Shown: positions 28,686-38,745 of the stretch, piece after piece | Layout of the letters: the number at the start of each line of letters is the position of its first letter | Numbering within the stretch: position 1 is the stretch's first letter | From: an uncultured Spirochaetota bacterium | Lineage (GTDB): Bacteria; Spirochaetota; Brevinematia; Brevinematales; JAOACQ01 | Assembly (NCBI GenBank): GCA_963768055.1 | Contig: CAVYGN010000002.1 | Span: forward strand, 352,001-416,000 | Length of the DNA stretch: 64,000 nucleotides | Direction: 5' to 3' | Notes under the pieces: model-generated | Database searches by the model: none | The model's input: only the letters and a program-made list of their open reading frames with translations | Told to the model about the DNA's origin: nothing | Made by a program: the position numbers and the translations under genes

Positions 28686-29676
28686 CTATTTGTTGGTGGA
28701 AGCCGCAGAAGAGGTACTCGTGGAATTCGTTGTACTCGTTGGAGCCGGATTCATATTAGTCGAGTTATTAATATTCATCCTCTTTTTCTCCTGCTGATAG
28801 AGGTAGAGATCTTCCGAGAACTTCTTGTTCTCAATATCCATTCTATACTTGGTCCTTGCGGTGATAATTCCCCATACCTGCTCGTCCTTGATATCCTGGG
28901 TGACCTCGTCGTCGATTATATACGGGGTATATTCCATTTCAACAGACTTTATATATGTGACAAAATCTCCGCCAAGCTGGTCGGACGGCCTGTAAACGAC
29001 TATCGAGTCCACGGAATAATAAGGAATATCGAAGGGATAAAGCGGTTCCCTTGAAAGTGTCTTGGATGAAACTCTCTCGGTAAAATTCGGGTTTTCGAAT
29101 ACGAGTTTCCTCCATCCGTCGAAAAACAGCCATCCGAAAAAATACTCATGAATATTATCAAAGCGGTCTTTCAAGCGTATTGCCAGCCCCATGCCGGTAA
29201 TTTCTCCCGTTTACCCATATAGAAAGGCTTTTTATCTCCGAGACGTTAGGCATAACGCCGTTTTCCGCATTGGCGAACTGGCCGTTTGTATCGTAGATCT
29301 TTACCGGGAACGGGGGTTTTATAATCGCGTAGCTGTTGTTGTTCCAGCTCGGGAAATGCACCCTTACGCCCAGGGTGGTGGCAAACCGCTGGCTGACTAC
29401 CGGTTTGCAGTAGCTGTTGATCCTGTTATTTATCATGTCGGCTGATTCATTCATTTCCACTTTCCAGTTCTCGAGCATGTAATCCTTATATCCAATGACG
29501 ACTTTGGGAAAGCCGTCGACATTAGTTATATAACTTTCAGCTGGAACCGGAAATTCTGCTTTAATATTATCATCGTATTTCGAGAAATCGATGAGGGTTC
29601 TTGTAATAACAGCGCTTGAAGTAGCCATACAAAAAAATAAAAAAATAACACCGTATATGGCTGATTTTGTTTTCAT
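28686..29676 (-). pseudogene. flaA: Flagellar filament sheath protein FlaA, split by a +1 frameshift in this assembly
   Basis: ORF 29158-29676 (signal peptide, LIDFS, NWKVEMNESA, LGVRVHFPSWNNNSYAIIKPPF, GVMPNVSEIKSL) plus ORF 28686-29192 (LFFDGWRKLVFENPNF, PLYP, GGDFVTYIKSV). The span is 991 nt (3n+1); removing one G from the G4 run at 29187-29190 gives a single 329-aa protein. Confidence 0.9.
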
Positions 29677-29731
29677 ATGACGCTCCTACAGATTTTTCCT
29701 AAAATTACAACTTTCAATGATCTTAAATTAA

Positions 29732-29758
29732 AAATCGGCAGAATTAGAAATTGCCTTA
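29732..29758 (-). promoter_or_regulatory. Sigma28 (FliA)-like promoter of flaA
   Basis: Minus strand TAAG-N15-GCCGATTT, compared with the consensus TAAA-N15-GCCGATAA; 55 nt upstream of the ATG. Confidence 0.6.
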
Positions 29759-29784
29759 CATTTTTTAAATTTTTTTTTATTTGG

Positions 29785-29844
29785 AGGCTTCTAATGTACC
29801 CTACGGGCACCTTCGGCCCTTCGGATAGGTAGCCCCCATAGGGC
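29785..29844 (+). repeat. MITE-like family B, truncated copy
   Basis: GGCTTCTAAT...CCTTCGGATAGGTAGCCCCCATAGGGC matches 484-540; no second terminal repeat seen. Confidence 0.55.
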
Positions 29845-29853
29845 TCTGCATAA

Positions 29854-29915
29854 TGTCATGGGGAAGATTTCTTCCTGCCCTAATGGGGCGGAATAAACCA
29901 TCGCTCGAAATGACA
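29854..29915. repeat. REP-like repeat family A, degenerate copy
   Basis: TGTCATGGGGAAGATTTCT...CGCTCGAAATGACA. Confidence 0.65.
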
Positions 29916-30000
29916 TATAAAAAATATAGACTGAAATATTGGCTTTAAGGAAGTTATTCTTTAAAATAATGTTTCTGAAAACACGAGAGGTCGTTTAATA

Positions 30001-30531
30001 ATGGCAAAAATGGAAATTGTCACATATGGAAATCCGGTTTTAAGACATAGGGCGGAAGAAATAAAATCGGTAGATAAAGATATAATAAGGATCGTTCATG
30101 ACATGATCGACACCCTTGACGAGGGAGGCGTAGGCCTGGCTGCAACCCAGATCGGGGTCCCGAAAAAGATCATGCTGATAGACCTTTCAAAAACAAGCGA
30201 AGAAAAAAAAATTACGCTTATAAATCCGGCGATAATATACAGGTCCTTCGAGGAAGTCGAATATGAAGAGGGGTGCCTTTCGGTCCCGGATGTCTGGGGA
30301 GTCGTCAGCCGGCCTAAGTCGATAAAATTAAAAGGAACCCTGCCGGGAGGAAAAACCATCCTCATTGACGCCGACGAATATTTTGCCAGGGTTCTCCAGC
30401 ACGAAATGGACCATCTCGAGGGAAGGCTTTTCATCGATTACCTTTCGTTCTCAGACAGGGAAAAGAACAAGGAAAAGATCGAGGATATACTTGACAAAAA
30501 CAGGAAGAAATTCGGGAAAATCTGTCTATGA
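30001..30531 (+). CDS. def: Peptide deformylase
   Basis: GVGLAATQIG, EGCLSVP and QHEMDHLEG motifs. Confidence 0.97.
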   Translation: MAKMEIVTYGNPVLRHRAEEIKSVDKDIIRIVHDMIDTLDEGGVGLAATQIGVPKKIMLIDLSKTSEEKKITLINPAIIYRSFEEVEYEEGCLSVPDVWGVVSRPKSIKLKGTLPGGKTILIDADEYFARVLQHEMDHLEGRLFIDYLSFSDREKNKEKIEDILDKNRKKFGKICL

Positions 30532-31490
30532 GGATGCTTTTTTGGGGAAGTTCCGATTTTTCAATTCCTTCTCTTGAAGCATTAAGCCTCAAAAACGATA
30601 TAGCAGCAGTAATTACTAACCCCGATTCCATATGCGGCCGGGGCATGAAAAATGTCTGTGAAACCACCGTAAAGTCTTTCTCCGTTTCTCATAATATTCC
30701 GGTCATTCAGCCGGTGAAACTCAATGACGAAGGCTTTATTGAAAAATTAACCCGTCTAAAACCGGATCTTTCCGTCGTAGTCTCTTTCGGAATGATCCTC
30801 CCTGAAAAAATACTTAGAATCCCAAGATTCTCCTCGATCAACCTCCATGCTTCACTCCTCCCCTCTTACCGCGGCGCGTCGCCTATACAGGCCGCGCTGG
30901 AACACGGGGACAATTTCACGGGGATCACGATCCAGTACATGGTTAAAGAACTGGACAAGGGGGATATCATACTTCAAAGCAGGCTCGAAATCATGCCCGA
31001 TGATAATTATCAAACTCTTAGCGCACGCCTGGCCGCTGAGGGAGCTAAAAGGCTGGAAGAAGTTATCCGGGCTATTGAAAAAGGAAATGTAAAAGCTGTC
31101 AGGCAGGAGGATTCTGCAGCAACTTTTACAAGGATGTTGAAAAAAAAAGACGGACTGGTCGATTTTGCCGGGCATTCTTCCATTGAAATATATAATAAGT
31201 GGAGGGCTTACTCTTCATGGCCCGGGATCTTTGCAGAGTACGCGGGGCCTTCGGGAAAGATGAACATATGCCTTGTTGAGATCAGGAATATTGAATATGA
31301 CGGACCGAAGGGACGGGCAGGTATGATAAGGGAAGCCGATAGAAAAGGTCTCGTTATAGAGTGCCGGGAAGGGTTTCTGTCCCTTTTAAGACTTAAACCA
31401 TGGGGTAAAAAAGAAATGGACTACCTCAGCTTTATTAACGGTTATAAACCTGTAACCGGAAGGAATTTTAAGGAGAATTATAATGAATGA
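30528..31490 (+). CDS. fmt: Methionyl-tRNA formyltransferase
   Basis: INLHASLLPSYRGASPIQ and ELDKGDI; overlaps the end of def. Confidence 0.97.
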   Translation: MRMLFWGSSDFSIPSLEALSLKNDIAAVITNPDSICGRGMKNVCETTVKSFSVSHNIPVIQPVKLNDEGFIEKLTRLKPDLSVVVSFGMILPEKILRIPRFSSINLHASLLPSYRGASPIQAALEHGDNFTGITIQYMVKELDKGDIILQSRLEIMPDDNYQTLSARLAAEGAKRLEEVIRAIEKGNVKAVRQEDSAATFTRMLKKKDGLVDFAGHSSIEIYNKWRAYSSWPGIFAEYAGPSGKMNICLVEIRNIEYDGPKGRAGMIREADRKGLVIECREGFLSLLRLKPWGKKEMDYLSFINGYKPVTGRNFKENYNE

Positions 31491-32595
31491 TGCAAAGGCT
31501 CCCTTGAAATTGTTCCAGAGCCTCAAGGTCACTATATTCAAATTCGAAAAGAAAACCAGGGATTATTTCAGCGCCCAGGGAGCGGATATTTATACAAGAT
31601 TTGTCAGAAGAATGTTTTTTGTATTTATCCTCGCATGTCTGACGGCCGCTGTTGTTGCATTTGCGGTATTATTTATTTCCAGTATTGCCGGTCCTGTCGT
31701 TAAAGTCCCCTCGGTAACCGGTATGAACGTCATAAACGCTGCAATAGCGCTCCAGGAAAAGGGGCTGTCGGTTGAAATAGACAGTAAATTCGATACGAAT
31801 ACTCAAAAATTTATGGTCATAGATCAATTTCCTCAGCAGGGTCTTGCTGTAAGGAAGGGACGAACTGTTACCCTGATCGTCAGCATGGGAAAGGATGTTT
31901 ATACGGTTCCATCATTGGCAGGGTTAAAGAGGGAAGATGCCGAACAGCTCCTGACAAAGCTTAATATAAGCTATGATGTGACTATCATCCAGAGTCCGGA
32001 TTACCCGGTCGATACGGTGATAAGCCAGGATATTTCATCCAACCAGGAAGTGGACAGGAATGTGAAGATGAAACTGCTTGTAAATTCCGATATTGCGGAA
32101 GGCCAATTCAGGATCGGCGATTACTCGAGGCAATCGCTTGAACTGGTGGCTAAAACCCTTATAGCGAACTCGATACAGCCTGTTATTCAGGAAGAACCGG
32201 TCCAGAATCCTGATGAAGACGGATTGATAATTAATCAAAATATAATATCAAATACGATCGTACCAAAAAATTCAGAGGTCCGCCTTCAGGTCGGGATTTA
32301 TGAGGAAGACCCTGTAAAAAGGGAAAAAACCAGGTACAGGATATTCAGTTTCAAGCTGGAAAATATGTCAACCATTTCATCCAATGAAACCGGGGGTTCT
32401 CAGGACGAATCTTTAAACAAAAGCCAGGCAAGCATTAAAATCATGCTTACCGATGAAGCGAACGACCAAAAAGAAATATACAATCAGACCCAGAATTATG
32501 GAAATTATATCATACTCTGCTTCAAAACGGTGGGCAAGGCCAAGCTCGGCCTGTTCGTAGACAATAATTTTATTAAGGAAATACCATATGAATAA
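31483..32595 (+). CDS. Membrane-anchored PASTA-domain protein
   Basis: TM helix followed by three PASTA-like repeats (VPSVTGM..VIDQFP, VPSLAGL..VISQ, LIINQ). Confidence 0.85.
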   Translation: MNDAKAPLKLFQSLKVTIFKFEKKTRDYFSAQGADIYTRFVRRMFFVFILACLTAAVVAFAVLFISSIAGPVVKVPSVTGMNVINAAIALQEKGLSVEIDSKFDTNTQKFMVIDQFPQQGLAVRKGRTVTLIVSMGKDVYTVPSLAGLKREDAEQLLTKLNISYDVTIIQSPDYPVDTVISQDISSNQEVDRNVKMKLLVNSDIAEGQFRIGDYSRQSLELVAKTLIANSIQPVIQEEPVQNPDEDGLIINQNIISNTIVPKNSEVRLQVGIYEEDPVKREKTRYRIFSFKLENMSTISSNETGGSQDESLNKSQASIKIMLTDEANDQKEIYNQTQNYGNYIILCFKTVGKAKLGLFVDNNFIKEIPYE

Positions 32596-33259
32596 AAACG
32601 AACCTATGGTAGCTCCCTCGTTATTCGCGGCTGATTTCTTCGACCTGTCAAGGGCGATAACCATCTGCGAATTATCGCGGGTAGATATGATACATTACGA
32701 TGTAATGGACAACCATTTTACTTCGAATATATCTTTCGGGCCTAAAGTGATAGAAGACATAGTTTCAAGAACCTGCCTTCCCGCCGATATTCACCTTATG
32801 ATCACTCTCGAAAACATTGAAAGATTATCCCCGTTTACAAGCCTTCCGGTTCAGCATATAACTCTGCACCTTGAATCCATGAACGATTCAATACCCGGAT
32901 TCATAGAAGCTGTAAAAAAAAGCGGCAAAACTGTAGGCTTATCGATCCGCCCGAAAACAGACACGAAAGAAATATCGCCTTATCTCGATATGATAGACCT
33001 GGTCCTCCTTATGAGCGTCGAACCGGGTTATTCCGGCCAGGCCTTCCTGCCCGAATCTCTCGAAAGGCTTCAAAGCCTTAAGGATATGATCGGGAAAAGG
33101 GAAATTTTAATCCAGGTCGACGGCGGCGTTACACGTGAAAATTATGAAAATGTCCTCGAATGCGGGGCGGATTTCCTGGTTATCGGCCGCCATTTTTTTG
33201 AAGATGGAAATACGCTTGAATGGGTCAATAAAATCAAGAAATTTTTATTCCTTGAGTAA
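32588..33259 (+). CDS. rpe: Ribulose-phosphate 3-epimerase
   Basis: APSLFAADF, HYDVMDNHF, DIHLM, LMSVEPGYSGQ and QVDGG. Confidence 0.95.
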   Translation: MNKNEPMVAPSLFAADFFDLSRAITICELSRVDMIHYDVMDNHFTSNISFGPKVIEDIVSRTCLPADIHLMITLENIERLSPFTSLPVQHITLHLESMNDSIPGFIEAVKKSGKTVGLSIRPKTDTKEISPYLDMIDLVLLMSVEPGYSGQAFLPESLERLQSLKDMIGKREILIQVDGGVTRENYENVLECGADFLVIGRHFFEDGNTLEWVNKIKKFLFLE

Positions 33260-35041
33260 AATAAATTCGACCCTCCTGTTCTTTCTCCTCCCTTCATCAG
33301 TAGAGTTTTCGGCAATTGGAAAACTGTAAGCAAAGCCCTTATAGGAAAGTCTCTTTTTTGAAATCCCTTTCATTACAAGATAATTATAAACATTCTTCGC
33401 CCTTTCACCGGACAGAGCGATATTTTTCTTTATCGATCCGATATTGTCTGTATGTCCCTGGATTTCAACCTTGTAATTCGAATATTTTTTAAGTATCTCT
33501 GCTACTCTGTCAAGGATAAAAGTCTTCTTTTGCTTCAATCCAGCCTTTGCGAAATCGAATTCGATATTATTGATCCGTATCCTGTATCCCCTCTCTGTTT
33601 TTTCAGCAAGCACATCTATATTTATACCCCCGTCTATTTCTTTTTCAGCCCCGTTACCCAGAGAATCAACAGCGGTGGCAATTATCCTGTAATTCTCGGC
33701 GCTTTCAACAAGTTCCCCATTGTCAGAGCGGCCGTCCCACGTTAATACCTGCGCCGGCTCAGCACCACCATAACCCTCAAAAGTTTTAAACGGTTTGTTG
33801 TCCGGGTCATAGATCAGTATTCTCCATTTTTTTATCCCGACAGGGCTCTTCGCATTGAAATGAATTTTTAACGGATCATTTATGCCATCTATATCGGGTG
33901 AAAAGGGAAGGGGTTCTGCCGAAATAGACAATTCAGGACTGGAAGAACCTATCAATATGGTGTTCACTGCTGAAAATACCGTGTCCCCGGAAGTATAAAC
34001 ACAGGAGAGGGAACAATTGTATAATCCGTCCGGTGCGATTTTAAGGCCGTCATCCCTGCCGTCCCAGATTATAAAGGCGGGAAGTACTTCTCCTTTTAAT
34101 TCTTTATATAATTTAAAATTTTTGTCCCTGATTTTCAAATTCCAGGAAAGCAGGTCATTCGTCATCGATACTGAAGGTATAAACCTGATCTCGTTCAGGG
34201 GGTTTGGAGCTGTTGGTGAAAATCCCGGCCTTTCTGAAGACAGGAAAACCGAACACACTTTTTGGGACAGGTTGATACCCGGTAAGGGCATAACGGTCCT
34301 ATTACCGGCTTGGTCCCATCCATAAACTATGTAATCATAAGTGCCTTCCGGCTGGATTGTCCCGTCATTTCCTCCGCCGTCCCACTCGAGAGTTGCCGGA
34401 GGGTTGCGGCCCCAATCCCAGTTTTTAATAATTCGGCCCTCCCTGTTCCTCATTTCAGATCTCCAGAAACCATTTGTGGAAAGGTTCTGACGGATAAAAA
34501 AAAGCCCCCTTTTCCCTCCGGTGTTCGGATAAAAAATCGTGTCATAAATCGATAGGGAACCCTGGGGAGGGGTTATATCCAGGATTATTTTGTCAGTTTC
34601 AGAAACCGCGATGTTTTTCATTTCATCCCATGCTGAAGCGACAAGGAAATAACTTCCCTCGGGGAGTATTACGCCGTTATCGGCCCTGCCGTCCCATACA
34701 ATGGCATCCGGAATTGAAACATTTTCTTTTTTTGCCCACAATTTTTTCCAGAATACGCCCGGATCAAGCGGGACATCCCTATTCCTCTCTCCAATACGTA
34801 CCCATACCGCCTGATGAAGAGAGTTATATATCGATACAGACCAGCCCTGGAGTAGGTTACCTCCCTTTATATCAAAGCCGATAGAAACAGTGTCCTGCGA
34901 ACCGTCGTAGTTCGGAGAGAACCAGGCTTCGTTAGTTTTTATTCCGTTCAGGATGATGCCGACGGAAAGGGGAGAATAGTCTGAAAAAGAGGGGCTCACC
35001 TCAATTAAGGAGATAAATAAAATCAACAATATTTTTTTCAT
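33245..35041 (-). CDS. OmpA/MotB-domain protein with FlgD-like Ig repeats
   Basis: Signal peptide; repeated FSP..DG..D and WDG...G.Y units; C-terminal IEFDF, GHTDNIG, LSGERA and NRRVEF. Confidence 0.9.
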   Translation of the reverse strand: MKKILLILFISLIEVSPSFSDYSPLSVGIILNGIKTNEAWFSPNYDGSQDTVSIGFDIKGGNLLQGWSVSIYNSLHQAVWVRIGERNRDVPLDPGVFWKKLWAKKENVSIPDAIVWDGRADNGVILPEGSYFLVASAWDEMKNIAVSETDKIILDITPPQGSLSIYDTIFYPNTGGKRGLFFIRQNLSTNGFWRSEMRNREGRIIKNWDWGRNPPATLEWDGGGNDGTIQPEGTYDYIVYGWDQAGNRTVMPLPGINLSQKVCSVFLSSERPGFSPTAPNPLNEIRFIPSVSMTNDLLSWNLKIRDKNFKLYKELKGEVLPAFIIWDGRDDGLKIAPDGLYNCSLSCVYTSGDTVFSAVNTILIGSSSPELSISAEPLPFSPDIDGINDPLKIHFNAKSPVGIKKWRILIYDPDNKPFKTFEGYGGAEPAQVLTWDGRSDNGELVESAENYRIIATAVDSLGNGAEKEIDGGINIDVLAEKTERGYRIRINNIEFDFAKAGLKQKKTFILDRVAEILKKYSNYKVEIQGHTDNIGSIKKNIALSGERAKNVYNYLVMKGISKKRLSYKGFAYSFPIAENSTDEGRRKNRRVEFILLKE

Positions 35042-35134
35042 TGCCGCCCTGCCTTACGATTAAGCGTATTCTGACTTTTGTATTAATATCGGTAGGATAA
35101 TGGAATTTTCAAATTAAAATGGCGCACGGGAATT

Positions 35135-36973
35135 TCAGGGCTGGGGGTCATAAAGAAATTTAGGGTGGTAAAACCTGTAATAAACGCCTTTTTTCCTTAG
35201 AAGGCTCTTGTGATTGCCCGCTTCCGCGATCGATCCGTTTTCTATTACAAGGATCAAATCGGCGTTGCGTATGGTCTGGAGGCGGTGTGCAATAATGAAA
35301 CTCGTCCGCCCTTTCATCAGTGTCTGCATAGCCTGCTGGATATGCTGTTCGGTAAGAGTATCTACGCTGCTTGTGGCTTCATCAAGAATCAGTATGGAGG
35401 CGTCTGCAAGAACTGCGCGCGCAATGGCGATAAGCTGGCGCTGCCCCTGGCTCAGGTTGGAACCGCTTTCGGTAAGGACGGTTTCGTAACTCTCCGGCAG
35501 GCGCCGTATAAAACCGTCAGCATAAGCCAGTTTTGCCGCTTCTTCTATTTCCGCTTCAGAGGCGTCAAGTTTTCCATAGCGGATATTTTCGAGAATAGTT
35601 CCTGTAAAAAGATAGGTATCCTGAAGTACTGTTCCGAAACAGTCCCTCAGGCTTTCCCGGCTGTATTTCCGGATATCGATCCCGTCGATAATAATGCTTC
35701 CCGAGGAAACATCGTAAAACCGGGACAACAGGTTGACAATGGTTGTTTTACCGGCGCCGGTCGGTCCGACTAATGCGACACGGCTTCCAGGCACGGCCTC
35801 AAAACTTATGTTTTTAAGGACCCGTACATCACTTCGGTAGCCGAAAGACACATCATTGAATTCGATATGCCCCAAAGGTTTGGCCAGGTCGATATTTTCA
35901 GCCGGATCCCCTTCCTCTTCAGGTTCGTCAAGTATTTCGAAAACCCTTTCCGCGCCGGCTATTGCGGTCTGCAGCATGTTGAAAATTCCGGCGATTTCAT
36001 TTAAAGGCCTGCCGAATTGCCTGGAATAGCCGATAAAGCTTGCTATAGTCCCGATGGTAACCAGGTTCCTCAGTACAAGAATGCTTCCTGCGCCGACAAC
36101 CGCAGTAAAACCTATGTTGCCGATGACGTTCATAAGGGGCATAATATAACCTGACCAGATCTGCGCCTGTATACCTATATTGCATAATTTTCGATTTAAG
36201 AGTTCGAATTCATTAATTGTATTTTCCTCACGTCCGAAGGCTTTTACTATGCCGATCCCGGAAATCGATTCTTCTATATGTCCGTTCAATTTTCCCAATA
36301 AAGCCTGCTGCTCCTTGAAGAGCAAACCTGTTTTCGAGGCGATGACATTTGAAAGGGTAAGGACCATCGGGGCCGTGATCAGAGCGGCCAGAGTCAGCAG
36401 GGGATTCATTATAAGCATCATTATAAGGGATCCTGAAATAACCGCAATGCTTGAGAAAAGCTGGGCCGTAGATTGGGAAACAGCGGTACTTATATTGTCT
36501 ATGTCGTTTGTCAGTCGGCTTAAGAGATCGCCATGGGAGTGCATGTCAAAAAATGAAATCGGCAGTTTCTGCATTTTACCGAATAAAGAGGCCCGCATTC
36601 CCCTGACAATCCTCTGGGAAATACCGGACATTAAAAGACCCTGGATAATATTGAAACAGGCGTCGGCAAGGTAAAAGGTTCCCAGAAGTACGGCTATCAG
36701 AACCAGGATATTCAATCTGACATTCCCAATACCCGGTGAAATAGCGTCTATTGCCCTGCCGATCAGGAAGGGAACCAGAAGCCCTATCAGGGCGCTTGAG
36801 ATAACAAGTAAAAAAACCAAAAAAAGAAGGCGGTATTCGGCTGAAAAAAATTCCCATAGCCTCCCCAGCGAAAGCCAGAAGCTTTTAGGCTTTTCAGGAA
36901 GCGTCCCCATCGGTCCACCCGGCCTGCCGGGATGCCTTGAGAAAAACCGGTCTTCATGTTTACGCTCAGGCAT
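35135..36973 (-). CDS. Multidrug-type ABC exporter, fused permease/ATPase, subunit B
   Basis: TM domain with LSRLTNDID; GPTGAGKT, LSQGQRQL, LDEATSSVD and IAHRL. Confidence 0.93.
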   Translation of the reverse strand: MPERKHEDRFFSRHPGRPGGPMGTLPEKPKSFWLSLGRLWEFFSAEYRLLFLVFLLVISSALIGLLVPFLIGRAIDAISPGIGNVRLNILVLIAVLLGTFYLADACFNIIQGLLMSGISQRIVRGMRASLFGKMQKLPISFFDMHSHGDLLSRLTNDIDNISTAVSQSTAQLFSSIAVISGSLIMMLIMNPLLTLAALITAPMVLTLSNVIASKTGLLFKEQQALLGKLNGHIEESISGIGIVKAFGREENTINEFELLNRKLCNIGIQAQIWSGYIMPLMNVIGNIGFTAVVGAGSILVLRNLVTIGTIASFIGYSRQFGRPLNEIAGIFNMLQTAIAGAERVFEILDEPEEEGDPAENIDLAKPLGHIEFNDVSFGYRSDVRVLKNISFEAVPGSRVALVGPTGAGKTTIVNLLSRFYDVSSGSIIIDGIDIRKYSRESLRDCFGTVLQDTYLFTGTILENIRYGKLDASEAEIEEAAKLAYADGFIRRLPESYETVLTESGSNLSQGQRQLIAIARAVLADASILILDEATSSVDTLTEQHIQQAMQTLMKGRTSFIIAHRLQTIRNADLILVIENGSIAEAGNHKSLLRKKGVYYRFYHPKFLYDPQP

Positions 36974-38714
36974 CTTCTATCACCTCATGTCCGATCTGGG
37001 AATGATAAAGTTCGGCATACAGCAGGGACGATTTCAGCAAATTATGATGGGGCCCAAAGCCTGCAACCTGACCGCCGTCCAGGAGGAGGATTGCATCGGC
37101 TTCCAGGACGGATGTCAAACGCTGGCTGATGATAAAGCGGGTCATTTCATGGATAGATCCGCTAAGCGCTTCTAAGAGGCGTGTTTCAGTTCCGGCGTCA
37201 AGGGCGCTTGTGCTGTCGTCCATGATCAGGATTTGAGGTTTCCTGACCAGCGCCCTGGCTATTGCAAGGCGCTGTTTCTGCCCGCCGGAAAGGTTGACTC
37301 CGCCGCGTCCGAGGAGCGAATCGTAACCCTCCGGAAATTCCGAGATGAAAGTGTGCGCCTGAGCTGTCTTCGAAGCCTCCAGAACTTCATCGGGCGACGC
37401 TCCGGGATTTCCCAAGCGGATATTTTCCAGGATTGTACCTGTGAAAAGGATGGTTTTCTGGGGAACGAACGCGATCATATCACGCAGGGACCGGATATCT
37501 GCATCACGGATATCGATACCGTTAGCCAGCACCCGGCCCGAGGAAGGGTCGTAAAACCGGGGTATAAGGCTGACAAGAGTGCTTTTGCCCGATCCTGTAG
37601 CACCTATTACACCTACAGTCATACCGGGCCTGCAGGAAAAAGAAATATCCTTAAGTACAGGTTCCCGCCTGGATTTCCCATCCTTTGAAAAAGATGAAAA
37701 AGTTACATTATCGAATTCAATCATGACGCTCTCTTTCCTGAAAATTACCGGCTGCATGCTGTAAACCATCCGGTCGGTGGAATTAAATACTTTGCCGATC
37801 CTTTCTGCGGACGCTCTTGCCCGGACCAGCATATTGAAAATAAAGGACAGCATTATTAAAGCAAAAAGGATCTGAGTCATATAATTCACAAATGCGAGGA
37901 TTTGCCCCGTACTCATGGAACCTGTGTTAACCCTGATACCTCCATACCATAAAACGGCAAGTATGCCCAAATTTACAGCAAGAAGGATCGAAGGTGTAAA
38001 ACCTGCCATTACGCGCATCACGCTTGCCGAGGCATCGGCAAGCTCCCTGTTAAAACCGGAAAAACGGGCTTCCTCATATTCGGAACGGTTGAAAGCCTTA
38101 ACTACCCGTATACCGGAAAGAAATTCCCTCATTGCTGCGTTCACCCGGTCTATCGCAGTCTGAACCTTTCCAAAGCGGGGATATGCAGCACGCAGATTGA
38201 AGATGATAATAATTATTACAACGGGTATTATGACAGCAGGGACAGCGGCCATGCCCGGATTAACCGATAAGGCCATGATAAGGCTCCCTATTATAAGCAG
38301 GGGGGCCTTAACGAATACCCTCATAATACCGTTGAAAAAATTTTGAAGCTGGGTTACGTCATTGGTTGTACGCGTTATGAGAGAACCGGTTTCGAAACGG
38401 TCGGCATTTTCAAAGGAAAAATTCATGATTTTCCTGAAGAGGTCGGACCTTATATCCCTTCCGAACCTTTGGGATATGTTGTTTGAAAAAATATTTCTTA
38501 AAGAAGCGGCTCCGGCTCCAAGAGCTGTCAGTAGCAGCATTAATCCGCAGAATGTCAGGACAACGGATAAATCGCGCCCGGCGATGCCTGTATCTATAAT
38601 ATGGGCCATTAAAGTCGGCAGGGAGAGGTCGCAGGCCGCTTCGCTTGCTAAAATTATAAGCGTGATGAAAAAAGCAAAGCCCTATTTTTGAAAATATTTT
38701 CCGAGATAACCCAT
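36966..38714 (-). CDS. Multidrug-type ABC exporter subunit A with an in-frame TAG at codon 11 (possible pseudogene; intact ORF 36966-38609)
   Basis: SLITRTTNDV, GATGSGKS, LSGGQKQR and degenerate MDDSTSALD/ISQR. Family-like sequence extends in frame to an ATG at 38714 with an AAGGA SD: MGYLGKYFQK*GFAFFITLIILASEAACDLSLPTLMAHIID. Confidence 0.88.
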
Positions 38715-38745
38715 GCCGATTTAGTCCTTATCCGAAGAATCTTTG

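Noticed and set aside
28686..29676. Two separate genes, or a programmed frameshift, for flaA
   Set aside because: The halves are consecutive parts of one FlaA, and I saw no canonical slippery heptamer or stimulatory hairpin at the junction.
35086..35112. Sigma28-like site (TTGA-N15-ACCGATAT, minus strand) upstream of the OmpA-domain gene
   Set aside because: The -35 match is poor and the -10 has two mismatches, too weak to call.
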